A DNA stretch of 64,000 nucleotides from IMG/VR virus record IMGVR_UViG_3300032020_000845, positions 1 to 64,000 of that record, one strand, 5' to 3'. The notes under the pieces were generated by a model. That model did not search any database and was not told the DNA's origin. It saw nothing but the letters and a program-made list of their open reading frames with translations. The translations under genes were made by a program, and so were the position numbers. This stretch comes from a virus. Each line of letters starts with the position of its first letter. Position 1 is the first letter of the stretch. Positions 38,500-47,300 of the stretch are shown here, one piece after another.

Positions 38500-38838
38500 A
38501 TGAAATTGAAAATTTCTTATGCTACAACGGGTCCTTGGAAGGACGGTTTAGAAAAGAAAGCTTATCCAGAAGGATATAGGTTTTATATTTCTGTAGAAGA
38601 CAAGGGAAATGCTCCTACAAATCTCATTTTTGTTTATGAATATGATAGGGAAATGTTTTTTGGTGGAAATGATTATACGGGAGAATCTTCAATATATAAG
38701 TCTGGGGTTTTTTCAAATTTTGAAGAGTTAGAAATTGCAGAAAAAAGGTTATTGAAAAAAATTGCTTTGTGGTATGAGCAATTTAAGGTTGAAGATTCAA
38801 ATGGAACAGTATTACTTCCAAAATGTGTGCAATTATGA
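38500..38838 (+). CDS. Hypothetical protein
   Basis: AAGGAGGT RBS. Confidence 0.6.
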   Translation: MKLKISYATTGPWKDGLEKKAYPEGYRFYISVEDKGNAPTNLIFVYEYDREMFFGGNDYTGESSIYKSGVFSNFEELEIAEKRLLKKIALWYEQFKVEDSNGTVLLPKCVQL

Positions 38839-38883
38839 ATATTTTAATAAAAAGATGACCAAGAATTTTAAGAAGGAAATAAA

Positions 38884-39108
38884 ATGAAAGCAGTTTGTGA
38901 AGCACATATAGCAATTATATATGAATATAATGATGATAGAATTTTATATAGAGAATTAAATGCTTATTGTCCAAAATTTTTAGATGAAATTAAAAGGAGT
39001 GAAAAAATAGAAATGCTAATAAGACTTCCTACTAAAGAAGAGGAGACGAGGTATAAAGACATATATTTAAAAAGAGAAATAAAAAAGGAGAATAAAGATG
39101 TTGTATAG
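38884..39108 (+). CDS. Hypothetical protein
   Basis: ORF with RBS. Confidence 0.55.
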   Translation: MKAVCEAHIAIIYEYNDDRILYRELNAYCPKFLDEIKRSEKIEMLIRLPTKEEETRYKDIYLKREIKKENKDVV

Positions 39109-39298
39109 AGCAACAGATTATGAAGCTGCGAACAGGGGAGAAGCGGATGTTGAACATTATTATTGTAGTATGGTATGTGCCGAAGCGGCAGGATTTAAGG
39201 ATGAAGATTGCGAAGAATTATTTACGGAAGATGTAGAACCCGTGGAAATTTATTCGTGTGAAGAATGCGGAGAAGAGGTAGAAGTAGAGGATAAATAA
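39098..39298 (+). CDS. Acidic zinc-finger-like protein
   Basis: CSMVC ... CEEC. Confidence 0.55.
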   Translation: MLYRATDYEAANRGEADVEHYYCSMVCAEAAGFKDEDCEELFTEDVEPVEIYSCEECGEEVEVEDK

Positions 39299-39309
39299 AA
39301 GGAGGAAGA

Positions 39310-39444
39310 ATGTGTAAAGAAAAAATAATCGATAAATTACTTATAGATCATGATGTCTGGGAATGTGGATATACACGCAGCCAACTGGAAGGTTGTTCTA
39401 AAGATTATCTAAAAAAATGGTTAGAGGATTTAGAGGAGGAGTAA
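39310..39444 (+). CDS. 44-aa hypothetical protein
   Basis: AAGGAGG RBS; below ORF-track cutoff. Confidence 0.5.
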   Translation: MCKEKIIDKLLIDHDVWECGYTRSQLEGCSKDYLKKWLEDLEEE

Positions 39445-39530
39445 GAATGTTGGAGATTCTTATATTTTGTGTGCTTGTATTTTTAATAATGCGGTGGGGC
39501 AGTCCATCAAGTAAATTATAAGGAGTAAGA

Positions 39531-39992
39531 ATGTTGAGAGTGATTTTAGACGTCAACGGCGACAGGATCGGTGAATTCCACATACTAAACGTTGGCATTC
39601 ACGGTGATGGCAAAAGACAGAAGAGAAAATATAGGGTTCAATACTTCAGAGAACTATTACCTCATGTCAGAGAAGCACTCTCGATAAAAGAGGGAGAGGA
39701 GTTTCAAATTTTAGACTCGAAGTTTTCGGTTATTCATTATAGAGAGGATGGAGCATTAGTTCTAGTTAAAAAAGTGTTAGATGAGTTTTTTAATCCTAAC
39801 AGGTTGATTAAGAAGAGGAACAGTGAAGGGAGTAAGAATGAAAAGAATAAGGGAGTAGAAAATAGAATTTGTGGGAATTGTAATGATTATTATGTTTGTA
39901 AATCAGATAGTAAAGTAAGAGAAGAAAAGTATTTGCCCAAAAATAAGAAAGGTTGTAAAGAGTGGATAAGAAAGGAGGCGCGAAGTGAGTAA
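39531..39992 (+). CDS. Hypothetical protein
   Basis: AGGAG RBS. Confidence 0.55.
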   Translation: MLRVILDVNGDRIGEFHILNVGIHGDGKRQKRKYRVQYFRELLPHVREALSIKEGEEFQILDSKFSVIHYREDGALVLVKKVLDEFFNPNRLIKKRNSEGSKNEKNKGVENRICGNCNDYYVCKSDSKVREEKYLPKNKKGCKEWIRKEARSE

Positions 39993-40150
39993 GAGTATGG
40001 GAGATAGAAAGGTAATGAGTTTTACCGATCTACGAAATCTTTTGTCAAGTATTGCTTTTCTCGATATGTCAGTACTCGACATAGTTGTAGAGGCGGAGAG
40101 AAGATTTGGAAAAAGGGATAAGATCGGAAAACCAGGAAGGAGATAATGAG

Positions 40151-40444
40151 ATGGAAATAAAGGTTGGAACAAAGATAAAATTTCCAGAAGAAAAACAAAG
40201 ATATACTGTTCAATGTTATAATGAAAGGTATGTTATATGCACTAAACCACTTAATTGTTTAAAAACAGTTTTATATACAATAATAGATTTTAAAGAAAAT
40301 ATAAGGGGAGCAGAAGATTTAGTTCTTTGTATGGGTTTTGAAACTAAAGAAGGATGTCAAGAAGCATTGGAAAGATTGATAACAGGAGTATCTGAAGTTT
40401 CTTATAGGAATAGAATACCATTATCTATTGAATCTTTATCGTGA
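40151..40444 (+). CDS. Hypothetical phage protein
   Basis: ATG 40151 after AAGGAG. Confidence 0.6.
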   Translation: MEIKVGTKIKFPEEKQRYTVQCYNERYVICTKPLNCLKTVLYTIIDFKENIRGAEDLVLCMGFETKEGCQEALERLITGVSEVSYRNRIPLSIESLS

Positions 40445-40456
40445 GATAAAACAAAA

Positions 40457-41095
40457 ATGAAAGATTTTTCTAAAAAAATAAATTTAGCAGACCTTATATC
40501 TCAAATTGATATAGTGACTTTGATAGAAGAATATGGAGTGGGTTTAGAGTCTTCGGGAGATAATTTTATAGCTTTATGTCCTTTTCATCCAGATAATAAG
40601 ACAAAAAGTTTCTTTGTCTGTCCTTCTACAAATACTTGGCATTGTTTTGGATGTAAAAAAGGCTCGAGTGTTTTTGATTTTGTGATGGAAATGGAACATA
40701 AACCTTTTTGGGAAGCTGTGCATTTTTTAGCTGAGAAAATAGGATATGTAAATGTTTTTTCTTTAGATACTTTGAAACAAAGATTAGAAAGATTACACTC
40801 TGAAAAAAATAAAAACGGAATATCTGAATTTCGTAAAATTCGTGAGCATATTGAGAACTTAATATATACAAAAATTAAAGAAAATTATACTTTTACAAAG
40901 AATTTGTCTTTTCAAGATTATGATAAAAAGTTAAGAGATTTATGGAAGTGGTATGATGAGGGACAACGTTGGTTTGATTTACAAATATGTCATTATAAAA
41001 GTGGAGAAAATATTGATTTGAGTTTTTTGACTAAAAAATTACAATCTTTTTATTCGAAATTTTTAGAAAAATTTGAATGTCTTCCTTCAAATTAG
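40457..41095 (+). CDS. CHC2 zinc-finger protein (primase Zn-binding domain without TOPRIM)
   Basis: LCPFHPD.KT.SF...WHCFGC..G.SVFDFVM...F.EAV..LA. Confidence 0.85.
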   Translation: MKDFSKKINLADLISQIDIVTLIEEYGVGLESSGDNFIALCPFHPDNKTKSFFVCPSTNTWHCFGCKKGSSVFDFVMEMEHKPFWEAVHFLAEKIGYVNVFSLDTLKQRLERLHSEKNKNGISEFRKIREHIENLIYTKIKENYTFTKNLSFQDYDKKLRDLWKWYDEGQRWFDLQICHYKSGENIDLSFLTKKLQSFYSKFLEKFECLPSN

Positions 41096-41562
41096 TGTAT
41101 TATAAGAATAGGAGATGTTATGAAAAAAGAAGTAACGGCTTTTTAGTAGATGGGTACAAATTTGTTGTGGATAATAAATGTTCCTCTTTAGGATGTTATT
41201 ATGGGGAAGATGATTGGACTGTTGAAGTTATTGCTGAAGATTTAGAAACTCTTCAAAAGTTAGCGATAGAAGAGATTGTAAAAAGTCGAGTTTGGGAAGA
41301 CGGAAAAAGACTTTATAAAATAACTTATTTAGAGTATAATGGAAGCAAGTATGTTGTAACTGAAGATGCATGTTCTCGAGAAGAAACTCAAAAAGTGTTT
41401 GGAGAAATTATTAAGTCGCAATATTATAAAGGGTTAATGAAATTACGCAAAGAAAACGATAAAGAGGAAGAAAGTAGAAAACAGAAACAATTGGATAAAG
41501 AAAAAGAATTGCAAGAAAAGAAACTTTATAAGGATTTAAAAAAGAAGTATGAAAAAGACTAA
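41077..41562 (+). CDS. Hypothetical protein
   Basis: ORF in operon; charged C-terminus. Confidence 0.55.
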   Translation: MSSFKLVYYKNRRCYEKRSNGFLVDGYKFVVDNKCSSLGCYYGEDDWTVEVIAEDLETLQKLAIEEIVKSRVWEDGKRLYKITYLEYNGSKYVVTEDACSREETQKVFGEIIKSQYYKGLMKLRKENDKEEESRKQKQLDKEKELQEKKLYKDLKKKYEKD

Positions 41563-41598
41563 TTTTGAAAGTATTATTAAATTTTGGGGTGAAAAGTT

Positions 41599-42066
41599 AT
41601 GAAATGTTGTTTTGGAGGACTGTGTAGAGAATCTGAATATGTTAGTGTTGGAAAGGGCGTGTGCAGTTTTTTAATATTAGATTTAGGAGTATTACATCGT
41701 ACTGTTAGTATGGAGAAAGATGAATTGGTGTTAGATTTTACATCTCTTCTTTTGTTGTTGGAATTTATATTGTTAAATCCTTATTTATTTAAACATTTTT
41801 ATTCTCTTGAAGTATATGGATCTAATAATGATGTTTTAAAATATCTTAAACAAAATAAAGTTCCTGCGAAAATTAGATCTTTGAAGGAAATGGTGATGTC
41901 TTTTATTAAACAAAACCCATATGTAAAAGTTAGTTTTTTGAAAATTTCTAAAGAAACGAATCCGATATTTTTTAAAGTTGCTAGTTTGCCAATTGATATG
42001 AAAATGTCAGAATATGTTAAAAGTTTGATGGAGGTTATTAGTGATCCAAATAAAAATCAGGAATAA
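41599..42066 (+). CDS. Degenerate RNase HI-fold protein
   Basis: Pattern CFGG..G.G..SFLI / LEVYGS / V.F..I.KE.N aligns by eye with RNase HI, but the acidic catalytic residues are missing. Confidence 0.4.
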   Translation: MKCCFGGLCRESEYVSVGKGVCSFLILDLGVLHRTVSMEKDELVLDFTSLLLLLEFILLNPYLFKHFYSLEVYGSNNDVLKYLKQNKVPAKIRSLKEMVMSFIKQNPYVKVSFLKISKETNPIFFKVASLPIDMKMSEYVKSLMEVISDPNKNQE

Positions 42067-42652
42067 TTTTTTTGAAATTCCAAAGATACCTCTCCAAAAT
42101 GATTCATTAACTAAGATTGATTGGCTTGCCAATCAATTTTACAAAACAGAAGATAGCTACTATATAAATACACTAATTTGTATTGCTATTCCATATATGC
42201 GAAAGGTTGCAAGTTCTTTTTGTAGAAATACTGAAGATGCTAAAGAGTTATGCCAAGAATTAAAAATAGATTTATTAAGATTACTTCGTAAATGGAAACC
42301 AAAAGAGAAAATGCGTTTTAATTATATAATGCGGCGGCAATTTTATAATTTTTCTTGTAATTTTATTAGAAAATTAAAGAAAGTTTCATTTGTTGATGTT
42401 GAATTATTTCAACAGGAATTGCTAGACACAAATGATTTTATGAAAGATTATGAAATAACAGATTTAGTTAAAAAATTGCTGAGTTTAGTGGATGATAAAA
42501 CAAAACAAATTCTTACTTTATTTTTAAGTGGTGTTACCACTTATGAGCAAATAGGAAAAGAACTTAGTGTCACTGGTGTAACGGTACGTAATAGAATATT
42601 AGGATGTAAACCTTTGATATTAAAAATATTAAGAGAGGGAAAAAATGTATAA
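42041..42652 (+). CDS. Phage sigma-70/ECF-like RNA polymerase sigma factor
   Basis: Region 2 (VASSF..DAKELCQE...KW.P) and region 4 HTH (TYEQIGKELSVTGVTVRNR). Confidence 0.75.
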   Translation: MIQIKIRNNFFEIPKIPLQNDSLTKIDWLANQFYKTEDSYYINTLICIAIPYMRKVASSFCRNTEDAKELCQELKIDLLRLLRKWKPKEKMRFNYIMRRQFYNFSCNFIRKLKKVSFVDVELFQQELLDTNDFMKDYEITDLVKKLLSLVDDKTKQILTLFLSGVTTYEQIGKELSVTGVTVRNRILGCKPLILKILREGKNV

Positions 42653-43055
42653 AGTCGTTAAAGAAGTTAAATGGGACGCCGCTCATAGATTATTAAATTA
42701 TGATGGTCTCTGTTCACATATTCATGGTCATTCTTTCAGAGCTCTTTTTACATATGAGTGTAGTATTCTTAATAAAGATGGGATGGCTATTGATTTTAAT
42801 ACCATAAAAAATAAAATTCAAAAATGGGTTGATGAGTATTGGGATCATGCTTTTATGTTAAATAGTAAAGATCCTCTTGTAAAGATTTTAAGTAAATATG
42901 AGGATAGAATTTGGATTATGCAAGGAAATCCAACGGCTGAAAATATGGCTAATTTTTTATTTATGAAATTTAAGTATACATTTCTAGAAGTTAATTTAAG
43001 GAGTGTTGAAGTTTTTGAAGGGCCGAAATCAAGTGCTATATATGAAGAAGGATAA
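42645..43055 (+). CDS. queD: 6-carboxytetrahydropterin synthase
   Basis: DAAHRL..Y.G.C..IHGHS, GMAIDF, WDH, NPTAENMA, VFE. Confidence 0.93.
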   Translation: MYKVVKEVKWDAAHRLLNYDGLCSHIHGHSFRALFTYECSILNKDGMAIDFNTIKNKIQKWVDEYWDHAFMLNSKDPLVKILSKYEDRIWIMQGNPTAENMANFLFMKFKYTFLEVNLRSVEVFEGPKSSAIYEEG

Positions 43056-43065
43056 GGAGAAAATA

Positions 43066-43866
43066 ATGATCGAAGAACAATTACCTGATATTCAAGCGTC
43101 AAAAGATATTCGTGAAGTGCATTTACATCGAGTTGGAGTTGAAAATGTTAGTTTTCCTATATTAGTAACAAAAAAAGAAAAAAGACAGTATCAAACAACT
43201 CAAGCAACTATTTCAATGTATGGAGATCTTGAAAAAGAAATAAAGGGAATTGATATGAGTCGTTTTCTTGAGGTTCTAATGCAATATCGTTATAAAGTAA
43301 TGAATTCAAAGAAATTAAAAAAGTTTTTAAAAGAATTAAAAAGCAGACTTAAAACAAGAGATGCTTATGTTGTTGTTAGTTTTAAATATTTCATTCCCAA
43401 AGAATCTCCTATAAAAAAAGTGAAAGGAATTCAAGGGTATGATTGTTCTTTTGTTGCTCGTTTGACTTCCGACAAATATGATTTTTATCTTGAGGTAGCT
43501 GTTCCAATAACTACTTTATGCCCTTGTAGTAAAGAAATAAGTAAGTATGGGGCTCATAATCAAAGAGCGGTTGTAATAGCTCGTATAACATTTTCAGAAA
43601 AGCCTTTGTGGATTGAAGATATTGTTTCTTTATTAGGATCAATGGGCAGTTGTGATATTTATCCTGTGTTAAAAAGACCGGATGAAAAATTTGTTACAGA
43701 AAAAGCATTTAAAAATCCAAAGTTTGTGGAGGACGTTGCTCGAGATACTGCTCTTGCGTTGAATAAAATATCTAGTGTTGAAGGATACAGCATTAAGGTA
43801 ATGTCATTTGAAAGTATCCATACACACAATGCTGTTGCATATTTTAAAAAAAATTGGAGTTTTTAG
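43066..43866 (+). CDS. folE2: GTP cyclohydrolase I, type IB
   Basis: PDIQ, KGIDMSRF, TLCPCSKEIS.YGAHNQR, LKRPDEKFVT, NPKFVED, ESIHTHNA. Confidence 0.93.
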   Translation: MIEEQLPDIQASKDIREVHLHRVGVENVSFPILVTKKEKRQYQTTQATISMYGDLEKEIKGIDMSRFLEVLMQYRYKVMNSKKLKKFLKELKSRLKTRDAYVVVSFKYFIPKESPIKKVKGIQGYDCSFVARLTSDKYDFYLEVAVPITTLCPCSKEISKYGAHNQRAVVIARITFSEKPLWIEDIVSLLGSMGSCDIYPVLKRPDEKFVTEKAFKNPKFVEDVARDTALALNKISSVEGYSIKVMSFESIHTHNAVAYFKKNWSF

Positions 43867-44492
43867 TGGAAGTACCTTCTATTTTTTTTGGAGTGGATGA
43901 AGTAGGTGTAGGTTGTTTAGCTGGTCCTGTTGTTGCGGGAGCTGTTGTATGGCAGAATTCTTATGCTTGGAATATAGTGGGTTTAAATGATTCTAAAAAA
44001 TTAACTTTGAAACAGCGCGAAAAAGTTTTTCAGCAATGTAAGGAATTAAATATTGTATTTGCAACAGGATCTGCTGATGTTAATGAAATAGAAAAATTGA
44101 ACATTTATCATGCAACTAGATTAGCAATGAAAAGGGCAATCGATTTAGTGATTCCTCGAAGGCCAACAATTCCAAGTATTGGTTTGATTGATGGCAAGGG
44201 ATATATAGAAGGTTTAGAGATAGAACAAAAATGGATAGTAAAAGGAGATGAAAAAGAGCCCGCGATTATGATGGCCTCTATTGTTGCTAAAGTATTGAGA
44301 GATAGATATATAAAAAGTTTGGTTGATCAGTTTCCTGAATATGAAGTATATGGTTGGAGAACTAATATTGGTTATGGAACAAAAAAACATCTTGAAGCAA
44401 TTAAAAAATATGGTTTAACGCCTTTTCATAGGAAAACTTTTCAACCAATTAAGCAATGGTTGGAGGAGGGAATAATAAATGCCGCAAACTAA
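43866..44492 (+). CDS. rnhB: Ribonuclease HII
   Basis: GVDEVG.G.LAGPV, DSKKL, IDG, KGD, ASIVAKV.RD, GYGT..H, HRKTF; likely GTG start at 43866. Confidence 0.93.
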   Translation: MEVPSIFFGVDEVGVGCLAGPVVAGAVVWQNSYAWNIVGLNDSKKLTLKQREKVFQQCKELNIVFATGSADVNEIEKLNIYHATRLAMKRAIDLVIPRRPTIPSIGLIDGKGYIEGLEIEQKWIVKGDEKEPAIMMASIVAKVLRDRYIKSLVDQFPEYEVYGWRTNIGYGTKKHLEAIKKYGLTPFHRKTFQPIKQWLEEGIINAAN

Positions 44493-45210
44493 AACATTAG
44501 ATATTAGTGAGATTTTTTGTTCGATACAAGGAGAAGGAATTTATACTGGAGTTCCCTCAATTTTTATAAGACTTCAGGGATGTTCTAGTCATTGTATTTG
44601 GTGTGATACTAATTTTGGGCAAAATAAAAACTTAGGGAAAAGAATGACAAATGAAGAAATTTTGAACAAAATTTCTGAATATAAATATATAAATCATATT
44701 GTAATCACAGGAGGAGAACCGACTGAACAAATGGAAGGTTTAAGAGCTTTTTTATCCTTCCTTTCGGCTCATTTTTTTGTAACCGTTGAAACAAATGGAA
44801 CAATAAATCCTTTTGATTTTGACCCTTATGCTTACGTAGATAAATGGGTTAGTTTATGGTCTGTAAGTCCAAAACTTCAATCAGCAAAAGCAAAACGTAA
44901 GTATAATTTTTGTGCTATAGAGGCTATGCTTTTGCATAAAGCTCAGTTGAAGTTTGTAATTAGTGATGAGAAAGATATTGAAGAAATGTTTGAGTTATTA
45001 CAAAGGTTTATGAAGGTTCCCCCTGTAATTATTGTTCAACCAAACGGACAGGAAGAAGGAAAGACATGTTCTCCTGAGGAATATTCAAAACGAGCTGATT
45101 GGTTAGTTAATATTTTGTTGGATAAATATATTGATTATTTTGATAAATATGATATTAGGATAATGCTTCAAACACATAAAGTAATTTGGGGCAATAAAAG
45201 AGGAATGTAA
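44479..45210 (+). CDS. queE: 7-carboxy-7-deazaguanine synthase (radical SAM)
   Basis: SIQGEG, FIRLQGC...C.WCDT, TGGEP, ETNG, SVSPK, QTHK. Confidence 0.93.
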   Translation: MPQTKTLDISEIFCSIQGEGIYTGVPSIFIRLQGCSSHCIWCDTNFGQNKNLGKRMTNEEILNKISEYKYINHIVITGGEPTEQMEGLRAFLSFLSAHFFVTVETNGTINPFDFDPYAYVDKWVSLWSVSPKLQSAKAKRKYNFCAIEAMLLHKAQLKFVISDEKDIEEMFELLQRFMKVPPVIIVQPNGQEEGKTCSPEEYSKRADWLVNILLDKYIDYFDKYDIRIMLQTHKVIWGNKRGM

Positions 45211-45689
45211 TGAAAACAGAAAAAATATCTTGGAACTATTATTTTCAATTAATTAATAAGCTTATAGAAATAATATCGGTTCATGTGGAAGAAAAGTTTG
45301 ATCTTGTTGTGGGTATTTCGCGTGGAGGTCTTATTCCTGCTATGCTGATGTCTCAAGATTGGAATGTTCCTTTAGATGTAATAGTAACAAGATTTTATGA
45401 CAAAAAGAACCAGCGCTCTATGTTGAAAGTTGGAAATCCTTCATACTTATGTTTTAAAGATATTAATTTTGATAGTAAAATATTAATTGTTGATGACCTT
45501 GTTGATAGTGGAAAGACTATGAAGGCTGTTGTTGATTTATACAAAAAAAAGGGTTTCAAGAACATTAGGACAGCTGTATTGATTTATAAACGAAGTTCTG
45601 AATTTGACCCAAGATATTTTGCCGCTGGTGCAGATGAAGATACTTGGATTGAGTTTCCATATGAACGATTTGAAGGAGATATAAAATGA
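45210..45689 (+). CDS. Type I phosphoribosyltransferase (Gpt-like)
   Basis: GISRGGLIPA, LIVDDLVDSGKT, WIEFPYE. Confidence 0.9.
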   Translation: MKTEKISWNYYFQLINKLIEIISVHVEEKFDLVVGISRGGLIPAMLMSQDWNVPLDVIVTRFYDKKNQRSMLKVGNPSYLCFKDINFDSKILIVDDLVDSGKTMKAVVDLYKKKGFKNIRTAVLIYKRSSEFDPRYFAAGADEDTWIEFPYERFEGDIK

Positions 45690-46372
45690 GTGAGGCAATT
45701 TTTCTTTTAAGTGGTGGTTTAGATTCTACTACATTGTTTGTTTTTATATTAGAAAAAGGTTGGGCGCTTTATCCTTTAAGTATTAATTATGGTCAAAAAC
45801 ATTCTGTTGCAGAAATAGCTTCAGCAACGCGCCTTTGGGCAAGATATCAACATAAATATGGAGAAAAGAAAGTAGGAGACTTAAAAATTTTAAATTTTAA
45901 TTTATCTCAAATAGGACATAGTGCATTAACTGATAAAAATTGGAAAGTTCCAAACAATATGAAAGATCAAATTAAAACTGTAGTTCCTTTTCGAAATACT
46001 ATGTTAATGACATTAGCTGCTGCTTATGGAGAGTCTTTAGGTTTAAGTCCTATAAATATTTTTATGACTCCTGTAAAAGAAGATTTTGCGTCATATAGAG
46101 ATTGTCGTAAACCTTTCTTTACTTGTTTAGAAAAAACATTAAGTTTAGGATCTACTTATGGCGTAGATGTTCACATTTATACACCGTTTGTTGAAAACAC
46201 AAAAGCAGAAATTATTGATATAGGTACTAAATTGGATGTTCCATATCATTTAACTTATTCTTGTTATGAAGGAACTCAACCCTCTTGTGGTAAATGTCCT
46301 GCGTGTATTGAAAGATTAGAAGCATTTAAAGCAAATGGTTTATCTGATCCTTTAGAATATAGAAAGGAGTAA
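45686..46372 (+). CDS. queC: 7-cyano-7-deazaguanine synthase
   Basis: LSGGLDS, YGQKH, VPFRN, YRDCR, TYSCY...CGKCPAC. Confidence 0.93.
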   Translation: MSEAIFLLSGGLDSTTLFVFILEKGWALYPLSINYGQKHSVAEIASATRLWARYQHKYGEKKVGDLKILNFNLSQIGHSALTDKNWKVPNNMKDQIKTVVPFRNTMLMTLAAAYGESLGLSPINIFMTPVKEDFASYRDCRKPFFTCLEKTLSLGSTYGVDVHIYTPFVENTKAEIIDIGTKLDVPYHLTYSCYEGTQPSCGKCPACIERLEAFKANGLSDPLEYRKE

Positions 46373-46376
46373 AGTT

Positions 46377-46940
46377 ATGAAATTTAAATTTTTGGATAAA
46401 GAAATAAAATATGATGGATCTCAATTGCATTCTCATTTTAATTATGAGAATGGTCTTGAAGGGAATAGCATTTCTTGTTTTTTTGGGCCTGCGGAAGTTA
46501 AAGAACATTTGGTAGATTGCGAAGATAAATTAAAAAATGATTTTATTAATAGTGCATATATGATGCATTTTATAATTGAAATTTTTGAGGCTTCTTTGAG
46601 AGAAGCAGTTGTATGGCAAAGATTATTTATTGCTCAAATTGCCGCTTTTTTAAAGAAATGTTGTTTGGTGTCTCATGTTGCTTATCGAGGAGATGATATT
46701 TTTATTGATAATAAAAAATTGTCTGTTTCGATTGCAACAAAATCTCCAGTTTCATGTCTTATTCACGTTGGATTAAATATTGAGGTAGGAGATGAATGTC
46801 CTGTTCTTGCTGTTGGATTTAATGATTTTGATGATTATGGGTATGCTTTAAGAGACGTTGCTCATATGTTGATGGCTGCCTTTGTGGAAGAATTTGAGGA
46901 TATTCAGAAAGCTTGTTATAAGGTGAAAGGAGTACAATGA
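46377..46940 (+). CDS. DUF366 family protein (biotin/lipoate ligase-like fold)
   Basis: YDGSQL, F.GPAEV.EHLVD.ED, MHFIIE, QRL, R.GDD...KKLSVSIAT, H.GLN. Confidence 0.75.
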   Translation: MKFKFLDKEIKYDGSQLHSHFNYENGLEGNSISCFFGPAEVKEHLVDCEDKLKNDFINSAYMMHFIIEIFEASLREAVVWQRLFIAQIAAFLKKCCLVSHVAYRGDDIFIDNKKLSVSIATKSPVSCLIHVGLNIEVGDECPVLAVGFNDFDDYGYALRDVAHMLMAAFVEEFEDIQKACYKVKGVQ

Positions 46941-47299
46941 AGCCTTTTATAGTTGCAATAGATTTTGATGGAACAATCGTTGAAGATAAATATCCTAATA
47001 TTGGTCCTTTAAAGGAAAATGCTGTTTCTTGTATTAAATTATTGAAAGAATTGGGGTGTTATATTATAGTAACATCTTGTCGCACAAGTCCAAATAGAAC
47101 TTCAAGTGTAACTGAGAGAAGTTTACAAAGACAAATTATGCAAAAATTTTTAAGAGAAAATGATATTCCTTATGATTGGGTTGATGATGGTACTCAAGGT
47201 AAAGTAGTTGCTGACATTTATGTTGACGATCGTGCTATTAGATTTGAAAATAATTGGGATGAAATTGTTAGAATAATAAATTTAATGTTAGGAGAGTAA
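46937..47299 (+). CDS. Small HAD-superfamily phosphatase
   Basis: AIDFDGT ... K..ADIYVDDRA. Confidence 0.85.
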   Translation: MKPFIVAIDFDGTIVEDKYPNIGPLKENAVSCIKLLKELGCYIIVTSCRTSPNRTSSVTERSLQRQIMQKFLRENDIPYDWVDDGTQGKVVADIYVDDRAIRFENNWDEIVRIINLMLGE

Positions 47300-47300
47300 A

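Noticed and set aside
42645-46372. que genes as a simple tRNA-queuosine auxiliary pathway
   Set aside because: No queF, queA or queG/H and no canonical Zn-binding Tgt in the window; the context favours DNA modification, although tRNA use is not formally excluded.
18825-46940. Archaeal host suggested by split MetE, DUF366 and FolE2
   Set aside because: Sigma factor, RecA, DnaB/DnaC, CHC2 primase domain, PolA and the BamE-like domain are bacterial-type.
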